Assembly (NCBI GenBank): GCA_037129475.1
Contig: JBAXUY010000006.1
Location: 1 to 58,805 of the forward strand
DNA from: Planctomycetia bacterium
GTDB taxonomy: Bacteria; Planctomycetota; Planctomycetia; Pirellulales; UBA1268
Length of the DNA: 58,805 bases
Reading direction: 5' to 3'
The position numbers were made by a program, and so were the translations under genes. This document shows positions 44,101 to 53,993 of the stretch, one piece after another; positions within the stretch are counted from its first letter, which is position 1, and each line of letters opens with the position of its first letter. The notes under the pieces are model-generated. The model ran no database searches. It was not told where the DNA came from and worked only from the letters and a program-made list of their open reading frames with translations.

Positions 44101-45323
44101 AAAAGGCGACCGCTGCTCAACGTGTATGCCGCCTTGACGCCCGTTCCAGAGCCGCCAACCGAGCCGATGTACAGATTGTTGAGCGTGTTCGCGTTGGTGA
44201 CACCCGTGAAAACATCGGCACCGGTGGTCACACCGAACTGCGCCACACCGCCGGTCTGGTTCATGAGTACGCTGGGCGGCGTGGCTGTCGCCACTGCAAT
44301 TGCCCCAATCTGGTTGTTCGACCCTACGCCCTTGGCGACATCGACGAGCCCGCTCTTGAGGTTGAAGTTCGCGACAGGCGAAGACGTCGTACCGCTGCCC
44401 GCCCCTTCAAGCTGAAACGAAGCGCCATTCGAAATCACGCTGGAGCCCGTGATTTTGAGCGTGCCTCCGTCAACGATCCACGATCCAACCGCCGTACCGT
44501 TGACGGTGAGGAGATAGCGACCGCCACCGGCTGCGAGCGTACCGCCGTAGATGCGAACGTCGCCCGCCATCGCAGAACCACTGTTTCGCCCGATATCGTT
44601 GGTCTGCCAGAGACCGGAATTGACCGTCAACGAACCGCCGTTGGCAACTGAGATACCGCCGCCCGTTGCGTGCGAGATGACATTTGTGCCGGACGACGTG
44701 TTCAAGCCAGAGCCAAACGCAGTTGCCTTGTTGATCGTGAGGGCTTGGTTCGCCGCTGTCGAGTAGATGGCGAGGTTGTTGCCGGCCGACGGGTCAAACA
44801 TCACCGTACCGTTGTTGCTGCCGGCACCGATCGTGAACGCACTCGCGCTCGGCGAGCCGGCGCTGCCCTGTAATACTCTGCCTGCGATGCGAAGCGTGCC
44901 GCCGGTACCGATTTGCCACGTTTGTGTTCCACCGATCGCAAGATTCGCCGAGATCGTATTGGTGCCACTCGTCTGACCGGCGGTGGTGATCCCGCTCGTC
45001 CCGAGCGTGAGCAGGTTGGCCGAGTTGTTGCTCCCGAGCGTCCACCCGCCGCCGGTCGTGGTGAACGAAAGCCCGGTGATCGAACCGCTCGCCGTGAGCT
45101 GCGGTTGATTGGCGGTCACCGTGCCCGCGAACACGCCGGTGTCGGTCGTGAGGTCACTGACCGGAGCTGTGCCCCCGACCCAGTTGCCGTTCAACCAGAA
45201 GTCGGTGCTGGTGGTGCCGTTCCACGTTCTCGGGGCGGCAGTGGCGACGGCCGGCAGGAGAGCCGCCGCTACAGTACAGAGCAGAACCGAGCCATGCTGT
45301 CGTCGTGACGTATACGAGATCAT
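38166..45323 (-). CDS. Giant autotransporter-associated beta-strand repeat protein with PEP-CTERM (2385 aa)
   Basis: Signal peptide; numerous [19 protein letters not shown] repeats; YAPGNSPG; C-terminus [29 protein letters not shown]. Confidence 0.9.
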   Translation of the reverse strand: MISYTSRRQHGSVLLCTVAAALLPAVATAAPRTWNGTTSTDFWLNGNWVGGTAPVSDLTTDTGVFAGTVTANQPQLTASGSITGLSFTTTGGGWTLGSNNSANLLTLGTSGITTAGQTSGTNTISANLAIGGTQTWQIGTGGTLRIAGRVLQGSAGSPSASAFTIGAGSNNGTVMFDPSAGNNLAIYSTAANQALTINKATAFGSGLNTSSGTNVISHATGGGISVANGGSLTVNSGLWQTNDIGRNSGSAMAGDVRIYGGTLAAGGGRYLLTVNGTAVGSWIVDGGTLKITGSSVISNGASFQLEGAGSGTTSSPVANFNLKSGLVDVAKGVGSNNQIGAIAVATATPPSVLMNQTGGVAQFGVTTGADVFTGVTNANTLNNLYIGSVGGSGTGVKAAYTLSSGRLLVAGSLQGNAPAAGSNGVSNFNFMGGTLTVGTITATNLGSSGTATATSNQATSSDNVGTFVNYGGILAPGGDALSFTSDTYGNSSITATPVSGKTSISGNYVVSNANSALAVNISGNTASTAFQDSANSGKFSTVAINGTGTNTLGGNLFVNLINGTAGTTFAPTGAQTFKIMTFTGAGATNSGTFSGNNVAGGKVIATDGLTAFAITYDYTASTGGVTLGSGTANEWRGATSADWNTAGNWTAMAANTSAFIARFADQASAAGANSVNLANNLTIQGIQFSSASRQYTLSSSNGSGLTLDASPRNTTNLMTNAATAATTQITDSSNGAGSHTIGVPLTLASDLAVIVNNNASSVTISGGMSGVGRSITKTGSGTLVLSGTNTYSGTTTVSTGALSISSTDALPGWNTNGRFSVASGAILAVGNAVSDGSVATILGTTNLAANARVGFDTSAGDRTSSTAIADTSNGSLALVKLGPNVLTLSGSNSYTGVTSINAGILSLGTSSALAGGGNIAFSGGSLRFSASNTQDYSGRIKSSGSAVSIDTNSQPVTFGSALDSTNTGGLAKLGAGTLTLATGNAYTGATSINAGVLALGDANALAGGGNITFGGGTLQFSANNSQDYSARLKSSGSAIAIDTNSQSFTFGSTIDNTNTGGLTKLGTGTLTLSGSNTFTGVTSISAGILALGTSSALAGGGNIAFGGGTLQFSAGNTQDYSSRIKSSGAAIALDTNSQTVTFGTSIDNTNSGGLTKLGVGTLTLSGSNTYTGVTSVNAGILALGTSSALAGGGTITFSGGTLQFSAGNTQDYSGRIKSSASAIVIDTNARPVTFGSTIDNTNIGGLTKLGSGTLTLSGSNAYTGTTSINAGVLALGNAGALAGGGNITFAGGTLQFSASNTQDYASAIKSSSSAISLDTGSQTVTFGSGIDSTNTAGLAKLGSGTLVLAGGNTYGGTTTISAGRLTLGNGGSSGSVAGSITNAGALAFNRSDAFVFANAVSGTGSVVQLGNGAVTISGANSHTGGTQVGVTSTETGTGSIVVQGDQSAANGGWLIGTNSPVVHTVTFDVGSAIAIAAGKSMQVGSTSSQTAALQALVMQGSGTNAGSLYVGRNGTLTMNSGASWNQSGLFTVQSQGGNTATLVSVKNGATLTYTGTSTIRVNGAVDGSGYATLEVAGGTLVTGRGFEQTIVSSSTGYGRVLMSGSGTLRLTDNIAALSSGTAASVRFELGAGGGKIDTNGFDTTLSVGISGSGGLTKLGSGRLSLGGTNSYSGPTTIEAGTLGLLASNLLADTTAVTITNGGLDLAANSDSVASFVITSGSLAGTGKLTAATYVLGGGSVAANLGGNTLSVTGNTSLYGTSDATVVNLNTGTVTLGSGGRFTAATVAVTGSSGAGLVLGGDEAFGSLAGAASIDLVSSSLTVGAANTSTSYSGVFSGNGSLTKVGSGTFTFVGSSTSTRPTTLSGGRFALGDGGTAGSMAGPIVNNASLSFNRSDAFVFANAISGTGSVIQFGNGPLTISGSNSYTGGTQVGVSTADTGTGSILVQGDQSAASGGWLIGTSSTVARTVTFDVGSTIAVAAGKSLQVGSSLGQTQAIQTLVIQGSGSNAGTFYVGRGGAVTMNAGANWTQSGSFTVQSSGGNYLPTVSVRSGATLTYDGTSTIQINGAPSNNGTATLEIAGGTLVTRRGFEQTTTPNTGYGRLLVSGSGTVRLTDNIAALSSGAAAPVRFELGSGGGRIDTNGFDTALSVGITGAGGLRKAGTGSLTLSGSNTYSGATSVDAGRLVVNGALGSGTLTVASGASLGGSGTIAGRTVVNGIYAPGNSPGVLTQTAGIDLNGTSTTVWELWSNTDAANARGSLYDGINLTGGALSIQAGATLQLDFGTAVTSTVDWTDPFWDASHTWTFVDVTGSGSWAGSLFDTLLVGTDSTGATLESKRSGASFSVGAAGGDLVIEYVIVPEPGVVVLAISGLVMACAAAVRRRAAR
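41302..42687 (-). repeat. Five tandem 276-bp (92-aa) coding repeats
   Basis: Anchor AG(T/C)TTC recurs at 41302, 41578, 41854, 42130, 42406 and 42682, an exact 276-nt period. Confidence 0.9.
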
Positions 45324-45379
45324 GGATCCCCGTCCCCCGAAGAGCGCTACCTGCCGAGCACCTTGAACTTCTTCTTCGA

Positions 45380-45488
45380 AGCGTAGCTCTCATCTCCGCG
45401 GAGCGGAATGAGTTTTTGGGAACCTCAGCGTGAAAATTCATCGGCTTGTGTTTGTGGGAACTCTCCTCGTCTTGAGTTTTTGGGAAGT
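45380..45488 (-). promoter_or_regulatory. Putative activator-dependent promoter of the giant PEP-CTERM operon with three TTCCC-N5-C(T/A)CA sites
   Basis: Minus strand TTCCCAAAAACTCA-TTCCGC-17 nt-TACGCT; extra copies at about 45446-45462 and 45472-45488. Confidence 0.6.
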
Positions 45489-45628
45489 GCCTTTGGCGAT
45501 CCCCAGCCTGCCGAATTTCCGGGATTCCAATCACGTTATCACCCACGAGCGTGCCTGGTTCGGCGAAGGGTCCTTGTCGATAAGGTCCTACGCGGCATTG
45601 TCGCACCGCACAACCACGAATCCTGCCG

Positions 45629-46141
45629 CTACTTGGCGGGAGGTGTCTTCAATCCAGACGTCATTTCGAAGCGATAGACGCCAACGCCACCGCCGCCGGT
45701 TTTTACGATGATGCGAAGCGGTGAAGTGTCCTTCTTCGTGTAGACGTCGGGGACGAAACTGCGCACGGGTACCTCGGTCGTCGTGTCATCTTCGGCAGGC
45801 GGGGGTTTTCCTCCGAAGTCGTATCCTGTTTTCATGACCGTCATCACGTATTCGCCGGCCACCGCACCAGCCAACGGTCGTCCGCCCCGTGTGGAAGTGA
45901 GGTGAAACACACCGCGCGAATCCGATCTCCCCACGGCCGGCAGTCCCTGTTCACCGATCGGCGAGATGGCCACGGTCGCGTTGTCCAACGGCTTCCCGTC
46001 CAGAAGTACTATTCCTTCAACATACTCCACGTTCGGTCCCTGCTTGCCGCACCCCACGACAGCGAGTGCGCAGATCAAACCACACCAGGCATCGACCCAA
46101 GGAGAAGACGTCCGACGTGAATGGAAACGAGAAGGAGTCAT
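45629..46141 (-). CDS. Lipoprotein with carboxypeptidase-regulatory-like domain, DUF1559 partner
   Basis: Lipobox LAVVGC; VEGIVLLDGKPLDNATV..P, SDSRGVFHL, GAVAGEYVMTV, VPDVYT...SPL. Confidence 0.8.
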   Translation of the reverse strand: MTPSRFHSRRTSSPWVDAWCGLICALAVVGCGKQGPNVEYVEGIVLLDGKPLDNATVAISPIGEQGLPAVGRSDSRGVFHLTSTRGGRPLAGAVAGEYVMTVMKTGYDFGGKPPPAEDDTTTEVPVRSFVPDVYTKKDTSPLRIIVKTGGGGVGVYRFEMTSGLKTPPAK

Positions 46142-46187
46142 GAGACCCGTCTTTCACAGCAGTCGACTGCAAGGAACAGAGCAACCG

Positions 46188-47357
46188 TCATTGATCACGG
46201 TACGTGTCTGCCCCGCGCGCCGAGCCCATCGCGCCCCAGACGCCGAATACTGACGTCCCTTTGAAATTGACGGCAGGCGTCTGGTTCGGGTCGCCTGCAT
46301 CGATAGTCTCGTTCACGAATCTGACGGACCCATCGCACATGGCCACGGTCACACCGCCCGGGTGGTAACTGCTGGCCGTCATGGCAACCACGGCTGCGTT
46401 ACTGCCGACTGAGGTGTCAAGCGAACTTGATCCACTCGCCCGAGTGCAAGCGGCAGAATTTGGCGGGAGAACGGCGTAGAAACCACAAAACCCCGCCGTG
46501 CCGTCGTACCACCGTTGGCCTTTATTTCCATCGGACTTGTTCGTGACACTGTTCGCGTAAACATCTCCTGCGAGTTCAGCCATGCAAAGGGACGCATTCG
46601 GTGACGGACCAGCTGATGTCACGGCCGGCCACGCGATGTCCGAAGCCAAGCCTGAGCGAATTCGCTTGTCACCATTTACGCCGACGGCGGCCTCGGCAAA
46701 CATGATCGTCTTCGAAGTGCCATCTGTCATCCGACCGCTCGTCATAAAATCCTGAACCGTAAACGGCGTGTTTGAAATAGCTCCCATGCCGAAGGGCCCG
46801 CGCCAAGTACCCCCCGTGTTCTTGGCAGCGTAGACATCACCGCGGTTGCAGTGGTAGTTGGTGTCTCCAAGCACGCCATTTCCCGATGCCCCGAAACCGC
46901 CGTCGGACGGGCACTGCAGAATCTTGGGCTGCTGCCGCATCGGGTTGTCGGTGGCCGACGAGCTGCCGCCCCAGCCAGCGACGGCTTTCACGCAGATGGC
47001 GTCATATAAAGCCGTTTCTTCGCAGAACGGCATGACCCGCGGCAAACAACCGAAATACCACCAGTTGCTGTCCGATGACGTTCCAGACATCCCGTTGGCG
47101 ATGTATTGATTTCTCCAGCGGATATCGCCGATTCCAGGCGGGAACTGCCGTGAGGCAGATTCGAGGCTCAAAACGCCGAGCGAGATTTGCTTCAAATTGC
47201 TCGAACACTTCGCGCGTCGGCCCGCTTCACGGGCCGACTGCACTGCGGGCAGCAACAGTCCGACAAGCACGCCGATGATCGCAATCACGACGAGGAGCTC
47301 CACCAACGTGAACCCCGTAGGCGCACCCCGGAAACGAGTCGTGGGACGACAGAGCAT
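46188..47357 (-). CDS. DUF1559 family prepilin-type protein
   Basis: [34 protein letters not shown]; QCPSD; [12 protein letters not shown]; [18 protein letters not shown]; start ATG 47357. Confidence 0.93.
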   Translation of the reverse strand: MLCRPTTRFRGAPTGFTLVELLVVIAIIGVLVGLLLPAVQSAREAGRRAKCSSNLKQISLGVLSLESASRQFPPGIGDIRWRNQYIANGMSGTSSDSNWWYFGCLPRVMPFCEETALYDAICVKAVAGWGGSSSATDNPMRQQPKILQCPSDGGFGASGNGVLGDTNYHCNRGDVYAAKNTGGTWRGPFGMGAISNTPFTVQDFMTSGRMTDGTSKTIMFAEAAVGVNGDKRIRSGLASDIAWPAVTSAGPSPNASLCMAELAGDVYANSVTNKSDGNKGQRWYDGTAGFCGFYAVLPPNSAACTRASGSSSLDTSVGSNAAVVAMTASSYHPGGVTVAMCDGSVRFVNETIDAGDPNQTPAVNFKGTSVFGVWGAMGSARGADTYRDQ

Positions 47358-47454
47358 GGCCAATTCCCTGATGGCGAGCGATACGAACACAATGGCCGGA
47401 AGGGGGTGCAAAACCACAGCCTCTCCGAGTTCACCGCTCCACCCAACCAATTCG

Positions 47455-47497
47455 AATCTAGACTGAACCTCGCCACAGCGGAATGAGAAATTGGGAA
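47455..47497 (-). promoter_or_regulatory. Putative activator-dependent promoter of the DUF1559-lipoprotein operon, same architecture as 45380-45422
   Basis: Minus strand TTCCCAATTTCTCA-TTCCGC-17 nt-TAGATT. Confidence 0.6.
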
Positions 47498-47572
47498 GTG
47501 CGTCACGGATTCGGCAGGGGCGTTCCTGTGCGAAGGACCCCGTGAACCGCGGGCATGGCGTAGGATGACGGC

Positions 47573-49786
47573 ATGCGGCCCGCCGGCTTTCTGTATGTTG
47601 TCATCATCTTGTCTTGCGCTGTGGCACCGGCGGCCGATCCGACCGCCGAGTGGCACGTCGCCCCGACCGGTGACGACGCCAACCCGGGCACGAAGGAGGC
47701 ACCGTTTGCCACGCTCGAGCGGGCCCGGTCGGTAGCCCGGGACCACGACCGCTCCGCGGACGACGCCCAGCCGGCGACGATCTGGCTCGCCTCAGGCATT
47801 CACCAGCGCACGAAGCCATTCGTTCTCGGGAGCCGCGACACAAAACTCGTGATCCGGGGGCCGGCCGATCGATCTGCCCGCATCCACGCGGGGCGAATCG
47901 TCGATCACTCGCTGTTGCGAAAGCCTTCCGCGCCGCTGCTCGATCGGCTGACTGCCGCTGCGCGCGAGCAGGTGCTGGCCATCGACCTAGCGGCCATCGG
48001 CCTCGCCGAACTTCCCACACTCCCTGAGATCTTCAATGACGGCGGCGGCCTTCCCGATCTCACCGTGGACGACATGCCGCTGCCACTCTCCCGCTGGCCG
48101 AACGAAGGTCCGACGACGATCGAGAAGGTGATCGACCGCGGCGAAGGGGTGGGCGGGACGCGCCGCGGCGGCGTGTTCATCGCCGGCGACGACCGCGTGG
48201 GCCGCTGGCCGGTGGCCGAGGGCGTGTGGCTCGAGGGCTATTGGAGGGTGCCATGGGATCCGGCCACGATCCGCGTGGCGGCGATCGATCCGGCCACGCG
48301 ACGGATCGACCTCACCGCAGCAGTGCAGGGGGGCATCGGGTCGAAGTACGCACCGAAGGGCGAGCTCGGCGACGGCAAGGAGCCGTGGTGGGCCGTGAAT
48401 CTGCCGGAGGAGATCGACCTCCCCGGCGAATGGTGCATTCACTTTCCTACGAAGACGCTTCTCCTCCTGCCGCCCCCTGGGTTCGGGCCGCAGTCGGTGG
48501 TGCGGCTCGCCGTGCAGCGAGAACCGCTCGTGGTGATCGAAGAGAGCTCGATGGTGGCACTGCAGTCTCTTACCCTCGAAGGCGGGCTCGGCGACGGCGT
48601 CGCGATCACCGGCGGCTGCAAGGCGCTCGTGCTCGGCTGCCTGATCCGCAACCTCGGCGGCAACGGGGTGACGGCGATCGGCGGTACGCGGCACGCGATC
48701 CGTGGCTGCGACATGCATTCGCTCGGCGAGGCGGGCGTCATTCTGGCCGGGGGTGATCGAGCGACACTCGCACCCTGTGCCCATGCCGCCCTCAACAACG
48801 ACATTCATCACGTGGGGATGCGGCGGAAAACCTGGGCCGCCGCGATCCACGTGGGCCGGACGTCGAAGGAAAGCCGTCCAATCGACGCCGTCGGCTGCCG
48901 CGTGGCCCACAACTTCCTCCATGATCTTCCCCACTCGGCCGTACTCTATACCGGCAATGAAAACATTTTCGAGGCCAACGAAGTGTGTCGCGTGGCCCTG
49001 ACCTCAGGCGACGTTGGGGCTTTTTACACGTCGCACGACTGGACGAGCCATGGCAACGTGCTGCGGCACAACTTCGTGCACGACTGCCCCAGGGCCAACG
49101 CGTTCTATCTCGACGATGGCGACAGCGGCGACACGGTCGAGGAAAACGTCATCGTTCGTGCCGCCTGTGGCCCGTTCATCGGCGGCGGCCACGACAACAT
49201 CGTGCAGCACAACCTGATCGTGGAGTGCCCGATCGGGATCCACATCGACTCGCGGGGCGTCTCACGCGGCTACGCGACCAACAAGAACCTGCGGAACCGG
49301 CTGGCCGAGACGCCGATCGAGAGCGAGGTGTGGCGGAAGAAATATCCCGCGATCCCTGCGCTGCTCGATTCGAAACACGACGCAGGTGTGCCCCACGGCA
49401 ACGTGATCGTAGGCAACGTTACGGTCCGCTGCGGAACGCCTTACCGCAAGTCTGGCAAGCCGGCCGAATTGGTCGGCGTGAAGGAGGGGCTCAACTTGGA
49501 CCTTGGCACGGGCTCGGGCGCAAACGATCCCGCGTTCGCGAATCCAGGCCAACTCGACTATGCGATCGAGCCGACCTCGCCGATCTTCCGTCGCCTGAAG
49601 GACTTTCCTCAGATACCCTTCGCATCGATCGGCCTTCGGATGGATGCGTATCGCGCCGTGCTGGCCGACCCGTCAGTGCGTGTGCGGGCCAGCGATGGAG
49701 TGTCGGGCGGCGTGGAGGCGATCTCATCGCAAATCGACATCGATACCACCAACCAGCAATCCGAACGCGGGGTCAATGGTTCCTGA
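47573..49786 (+). CDS. Secreted right-handed parallel beta-helix protein (pectate-lyase/GH141-like fold), probable carbohydrate-active enzyme
   Basis: Signal peptide; [22 protein letters not shown]; SRWPN; [12 protein letters not shown]; DVGAFY; FYLDD; repeated N.I/HN beta-helix coils. Confidence 0.8.
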   Translation: MRPAGFLYVVIILSCAVAPAADPTAEWHVAPTGDDANPGTKEAPFATLERARSVARDHDRSADDAQPATIWLASGIHQRTKPFVLGSRDTKLVIRGPADRSARIHAGRIVDHSLLRKPSAPLLDRLTAAAREQVLAIDLAAIGLAELPTLPEIFNDGGGLPDLTVDDMPLPLSRWPNEGPTTIEKVIDRGEGVGGTRRGGVFIAGDDRVGRWPVAEGVWLEGYWRVPWDPATIRVAAIDPATRRIDLTAAVQGGIGSKYAPKGELGDGKEPWWAVNLPEEIDLPGEWCIHFPTKTLLLLPPPGFGPQSVVRLAVQREPLVVIEESSMVALQSLTLEGGLGDGVAITGGCKALVLGCLIRNLGGNGVTAIGGTRHAIRGCDMHSLGEAGVILAGGDRATLAPCAHAALNNDIHHVGMRRKTWAAAIHVGRTSKESRPIDAVGCRVAHNFLHDLPHSAVLYTGNENIFEANEVCRVALTSGDVGAFYTSHDWTSHGNVLRHNFVHDCPRANAFYLDDGDSGDTVEENVIVRAACGPFIGGGHDNIVQHNLIVECPIGIHIDSRGVSRGYATNKNLRNRLAETPIESEVWRKKYPAIPALLDSKHDAGVPHGNVIVGNVTVRCGTPYRKSGKPAELVGVKEGLNLDLGTGSGANDPAFANPGQLDYAIEPTSPIFRRLKDFPQIPFASIGLRMDAYRAVLADPSVRVRASDGVSGGVEAISSQIDIDTTNQQSERGVNGS

Positions 49787-49876
49787 TGCTGCGTTCAGTG
49801 GCAGGCGGGATAGTTTCCCAGTCACGCTGGATGGCCTGGATGTGATGCCCGTCGGACACGAGCCCGGAGTGCGAGG

Positions 49877-50278
49877 TCAGCCGATCCGCGCGTGGCCAAC
49901 GCTGCTCAGGGTCTGGCGACGTCGCCGGCGCCACTGACTCGGCGGGATGCCGTAGCGCCGGGTGAAGGCGACGCTCATGTATTCACCATGCCGGAAGCCG
50001 CACCGGGTGGCGATGTCAGCGAGGGTGAGGTCGGATTCGATGAGAAAACGTTCGACCCGAGCGAATCTCGCGCGCACGATCTCTTCGTGGGGCGACCGGC
50101 CCAGCCGCGTCGCAAACAGGATGCACAGCCAGCGTCGGCTCATGCCGAAGGCCTTCGCCACCTCGTTGACCTTGAGCGACTTTTCGGCGTGATCGTGTAC
50201 GTAGCGGACGACCCGCTCGAGGAGGAGACCGTCTTTTTCTCCCGGCTGCCCGGAGTTGTAGGTTGTACCCATGATCAT
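49877..50278 (-). CDS. Stand-alone AraC/XylR-type DNA-binding domain protein
   Basis: LKVNEVAKAFGMSRR..F...GRSP..I..R; LADIATRCGF...YMS.AF...GIPPSQWR; no effector domain; 133 aa. Confidence 0.88.
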   Translation of the reverse strand: MIMGTTYNSGQPGEKDGLLLERVVRYVHDHAEKSLKVNEVAKAFGMSRRWLCILFATRLGRSPHEEIVRARFARVERFLIESDLTLADIATRCGFRHGEYMSVAFTRRYGIPPSQWRRRRRQTLSSVGHARIG

Positions 50279-51291
50279 GGTTCACCTCCCGCCCCGGCCG
50301 GGGCTTTCCGTGGGCTGATTGGATCCGTTCTTCCGTTCACGGACAGACGAATGTCGTCGATGTATTGACCAGAGGGCTTCCAGTTCCCGTCGCCGGAATG
50401 CGGACGACCCTCGACGTGGCAGTGAAGAATCAGGTACCGCGCGCCGGCGGGCACGGTCACCATCGCGGACAGTTTCTGCCACGTGGCCGGAGCGTCGTCG
50501 ATCACTTCCTCCGCGTGGGCGACCGCCAGATTTCGCGAGCCCGACGCCGCAGCAGAAAACTGCTCGAGCCACGGTTGCTCGAGCGTGTCGGGATCGACGT
50601 CGGTGGCCACGATCGCCACGCCGCACGCGGGGATGGTGCGGTCCGTCACGACGACGCCATTGAAAAAGGCGGACAACTCGAAGATGTGCCCTTCCGGACG
50701 AGCCGGGAGGCCGAGCGACGTGAGATCCACGATCCGCCAAATCTCCGAGGACTCGCCGGCGTACGTGTTTTGCCGTGGGTGGCAACTGTCGAAACGCAGC
50801 ATCTTGCGGCCGGAATGCGGCCGGATACCCGCCTCGTCGCCGAGGACCCGCGTTTCGTCGCCGCTCCAGATGCCCGGCACGGTGGGCACGTAGTCTGTTT
50901 CCGGCGCCGGGGGCACTTCAAAACCCTCCTCATGGCAGACCACGCTGGCCTGCGGTGCGAGGCTGGACCAGGCCATCGTCGTCACGATCGACGCTACGCC
51001 GCACCCGCCGATCAGAAGCACCGGCGCGGCCAGCATGAGCGACCGCCGTATCCACGAGGCTCGGACCGGTTCGATGGCTGCCGGCCTGCGCTCCACGGTC
51101 CCAGTGGGACCGGCATCGAAACGCATCTTGGCCGCCTCACGAATGAGCCCGTGAAAGGTGGCCTGATCCCAGAAATCGCGGCGCGCATCTGCGGATTCGA
51201 GGAGCAAGGCCTCCAAATCGCCGACGCCGGCGTCATCCAGCACGCCGTCGAGCCAGCTCGCGATCAGGTCGTTTGTCCTGTCCGTGTTCAT
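50275..51291 (-). CDS. Transmembrane anti-sigma factor with C-terminal CBM-like beta-sandwich (no FecR domain evident)
   Basis: N-terminus LIASWLDG.L....LEALL...ARRDF; one TM helix; GFE...W.GD...PHSGRKMLRF...WQKLS..VPAGARYL...YIDDIRL; ATGA-coupled to the sigma gene. Confidence 0.75.
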   Translation of the reverse strand: MNTDRTNDLIASWLDGVLDDAGVGDLEALLLESADARRDFWDQATFHGLIREAAKMRFDAGPTGTVERRPAAIEPVRASWIRRSLMLAAPVLLIGGCGVASIVTTMAWSSLAPQASVVCHEEGFEVPPAPETDYVPTVPGIWSGDETRVLGDEAGIRPHSGRKMLRFDSCHPRQNTYAGESSEIWRIVDLTSLGLPARPEGHIFELSAFFNGVVVTDRTIPACGVAIVATDVDPDTLEQPWLEQFSAAASGSRNLAVAHAEEVIDDAPATWQKLSAMVTVPAGARYLILHCHVEGRPHSGDGNWKPSGQYIDDIRLSVNGRTDPISPRKAPAGAGGEP

Positions 51292-51809
51292 CCACGAACC
51301 TCCCCGACGTCGCCAGCGTGGAGCGCGAGCCGCACGCACTCCCGGAGAACCTCACGGGTCTTCACCAGGGTTGCATTCACCCCGGCAGTCGACCGACCCA
51401 GGATTTGGGCGATTTCCCCAAGTCCATGCTCGGAGAAGTAGCGCAGGCGGATCACCTCGCGGGCCTTCGGCGGTAGTTTGTCGATGCAATGCAGGAGCGT
51501 TTCGAGTCGGTCCTGAAGCCCCGTATCCATCGGCGCCGATGCTGCCAGCGAGTCGACGAGTTCCTTGGAAAACCGCCGCTTGCCGCGCTCCAGTTCCAGC
51601 ACTTTGAACCGGGCGATCGTGCAGGCCCACGCGACGAAATTCGAGGCGGGCTGAAAGTCATCGGCCTTGGCCGACACCGTCAGAAATGTCTCTTGCACGA
51701 CGTCCTCGGCGAGCGCGAAATCTCCCGTGAGCCCGAGCGCGAAGGCCCGAATCGCCGGTTGATGCCGAACGAACAGCCTTTGCACGTGACTGACCGAAGA
51801 TTCAGCCAT
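51288..51809 (-). CDS. ECF RNA polymerase sigma-70 factor (Rhodopirellula/Verrucomicrobium-like family)
   Basis: AEDVVQETF, FVAWACTIARFKV, CIDKLPPKAREVIRLRY, EIAQILG...LRECV; start ATG 51809. Confidence 0.92.
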   Translation of the reverse strand: MAESSVSHVQRLFVRHQPAIRAFALGLTGDFALAEDVVQETFLTVSAKADDFQPASNFVAWACTIARFKVLELERGKRRFSKELVDSLAASAPMDTGLQDRLETLLHCIDKLPPKAREVIRLRYFSEHGLGEIAQILGRSTAGVNATLVKTREVLRECVRLALHAGDVGEVRG

Positions 51810-51944
51810 GCGGCGAGATCCTCTCCCGAGCCCCATGCCCGGCGACAACTAGGTATGACGCAGCCTCCCGGAAATAAACCAATGCCTGCGGAACGGGGCA
51901 TGGCCCGAACGGCGTGGGAGCATCGCCAGGCGGACGGGTGACGG

Positions 51945-53954
51945 TCAGGGTTCGCCGCGAATGGGGCGACTATCGGTGCGGAACGGTGTCGCTGGCAGGC
52001 CTGTATCGTCGGTCAGATTCGTGCCCGCCGTGTCGTTGATCCAGGCATACCGCAAGGCCTCGGGCGCGGAGACGCCGGCGGCCCTGACCACGACCGCATC
52101 CCCCTCGATCATGGCCTCGGCGTCCACGAACTGGCCGCCCTGCGGGGCCAGCGCGAACAATCGTGGCGGCTTGCCGTCACGCGTGCGAAGGGAACCTGTC
52201 GTCTTGAACGAAATCCGGAAAGCGTCGTTCTGAACGGCAGCATCGCGCATCACCGGCCCGGAACTGCGCACATCGCGTCCGTAGACCTGGGCGAGGGCGA
52301 CGAGCGCGAGCCGCTTTCCGATGTCGCGCTTGTTGGCGGGATGCACGTCGTCCGATTCGCCGATCTCGGTCGCCACCGAGAGCCCAACATTCGGCAAGCT
52401 CGTGGCGGTCATCGCCTGCGCTTCCCGCACCTCCGCCCACCCGGTGTCACGCGCGTTGCCGGCCTTCCAGTTTGGCAACTGCTGCACGATGAACGGCACC
52501 TCGCGGCCCCACGTCTGGCGCCACGAGGTAATCAGGAGCGGTAGGAGCGAGCGATAGTCGTACCCCCGGCTGCCGTCTCCTTCGCCTTGATACCAGAGCA
52601 CGCCTTTGAGTGCGGACGGCGCGAGAGGATGGATCATCCCGCAGTAGAGCGCGCCCGACGTGTGGGCGGCGTCGCCCTCCGGCGTTTTCGGCCGTGCGGC
52701 CCGGGCCTGCGCCGACAGTGGAGGATACGTGCGTTCGACGCGCACGTCGCAAGCGTCGTCCACTGGTGCGAGTGCCTTCAGGCCGATATCCCGAAACGAG
52801 CGGGTGAGCGGCGGCCGGTCGCCGAGATGCGTGGCGAACCTGAACACGAGCACATTGTCGCCCGCCCGGACGTCGGCGGCCGGCACGTCGAAGTGTGTGT
52901 ACGCCTTATAGAAAGCCGGTGGGGAGCGGCCAAAGTCGCCGAGCTTCTTTCCGTTCCAGGAGGCCGTGACGTACTGCTCATTGACTTGGCCCAGATCAAG
53001 GCGAAACCCCTTGCCGGCTTTTGCTGTCGGCACGGCAATCACCTTGCGGATCCACGCTACACCGCCGTCGGGCAGCCCGAGTTCGGACCACTTTTTGTTG
53101 ATAATGCCCGGCAGCCAGCCTTCACCCCGACCCGCCGCCCATTCGGCCGCCGCAGGTTCCGCTGCGATCCCCGCGCGGCCATTGGCTTCTTCCCAGGCAG
53201 CCACGCGAGCTGGAAATGAAGCGATCTCCTCTGGCAGCCGCCACAGGTTGGCACGCTGCTGTTCGGCCCGCGCCTTGAAACGCGGTACCGTATCGAGCGC
53301 CTGTGGGGCGATCCAACTCTCGGCCGACGTGCCGCCCCACGCCGACAGGATCAGCCCGACCGGCACGTTCTGGTCGGCGTGGATATCGCGCGCGAAGTAG
53401 AAGCCGGCCGCTGTGAACGCCTTCACGGTCGCCGGCGAGCACGTCGTCCACTTCACCGGCACGCTCGCCGCCGGCTCGAGCGCGGGCTCACGGGCGACGG
53501 TGCCCTGACGGACGAGCGGAAAGTGTGCGGTGACGAGATCATTCGCATAGTCCGGCTTCAGCTCGAGGGCTGCCATCGTGTAGGCCATGTTCGACTGGCC
53601 GGAGCAGAGCCAGACGTCACCGACGACGACGTCGTCGAACGTGAGCCTGTTCCTTCCCTCGATGACGAGCTGCTGTGGCTGCGAGGAGGATGTGAGTTCG
53701 GGCAGCGTGGCCTGCCAGCGGCCGTCGGAATCGGCGGTGGCCGTGGCGTTGGCTGCTCCGAACGTCACGCGAACCTGCTCGCCCGGGGCGGCCTTGCCCC
53801 ACACGGGCACGGGCATCCCACGCTGCAGCACCATGCCTGTGGAAAAGAGGCCGTTGGGCACGGCGTCCGCGGGTACCGTCCCGGCAAGCGATGCCAGCCA
53901 CAGTATTCCAACCGCCACGCCGCGTGTGATCCACAGGATTCGTGTTCTCGTCAT
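51945..53954 (-). CDS. Sialate O-acetylesterase (SASA) family carbohydrate esterase with inserted beta-sandwich
   Basis: MVLQRG.PVPVWG, GDVWLCSGQSNM, SAWGGTSAESW, GVLWYQGEG, DVHPANK, PFRTD; start ATG 53954 with signal peptide. Confidence 0.9.
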   Translation of the reverse strand: MTRTRILWITRGVAVGILWLASLAGTVPADAVPNGLFSTGMVLQRGMPVPVWGKAAPGEQVRVTFGAANATATADSDGRWQATLPELTSSSQPQQLVIEGRNRLTFDDVVVGDVWLCSGQSNMAYTMAALELKPDYANDLVTAHFPLVRQGTVAREPALEPAASVPVKWTTCSPATVKAFTAAGFYFARDIHADQNVPVGLILSAWGGTSAESWIAPQALDTVPRFKARAEQQRANLWRLPEEIASFPARVAAWEEANGRAGIAAEPAAAEWAAGRGEGWLPGIINKKWSELGLPDGGVAWIRKVIAVPTAKAGKGFRLDLGQVNEQYVTASWNGKKLGDFGRSPPAFYKAYTHFDVPAADVRAGDNVLVFRFATHLGDRPPLTRSFRDIGLKALAPVDDACDVRVERTYPPLSAQARAARPKTPEGDAAHTSGALYCGMIHPLAPSALKGVLWYQGEGDGSRGYDYRSLLPLLITSWRQTWGREVPFIVQQLPNWKAGNARDTGWAEVREAQAMTATSLPNVGLSVATEIGESDDVHPANKRDIGKRLALVALAQVYGRDVRSSGPVMRDAAVQNDAFRISFKTTGSLRTRDGKPPRLFALAPQGGQFVDAEAMIEGDAVVVRAAGVSAPEALRYAWINDTAGTNLTDDTGLPATPFRTDSRPIRGEP

Positions 53955-53993
53955 GGTGCGGCATATCCCCCACAGGCCCGCGGTCCTGTCCCG

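Noticed and set aside
22920-45323. Calling the two giant repeat proteins type V autotransporters
   Set aside because: Both end in PEP-CTERM (VPEP, TM helix, Arg cluster) and lack a C-terminal beta-barrel
45430-45711. 93-aa plus-strand ORF with a hydrophobic, signal-peptide-like start
   Set aside because: The hydrophobic stretch comes from the T-rich regulatory repeats; it overlaps the lipoprotein gene antisense and has no RBS
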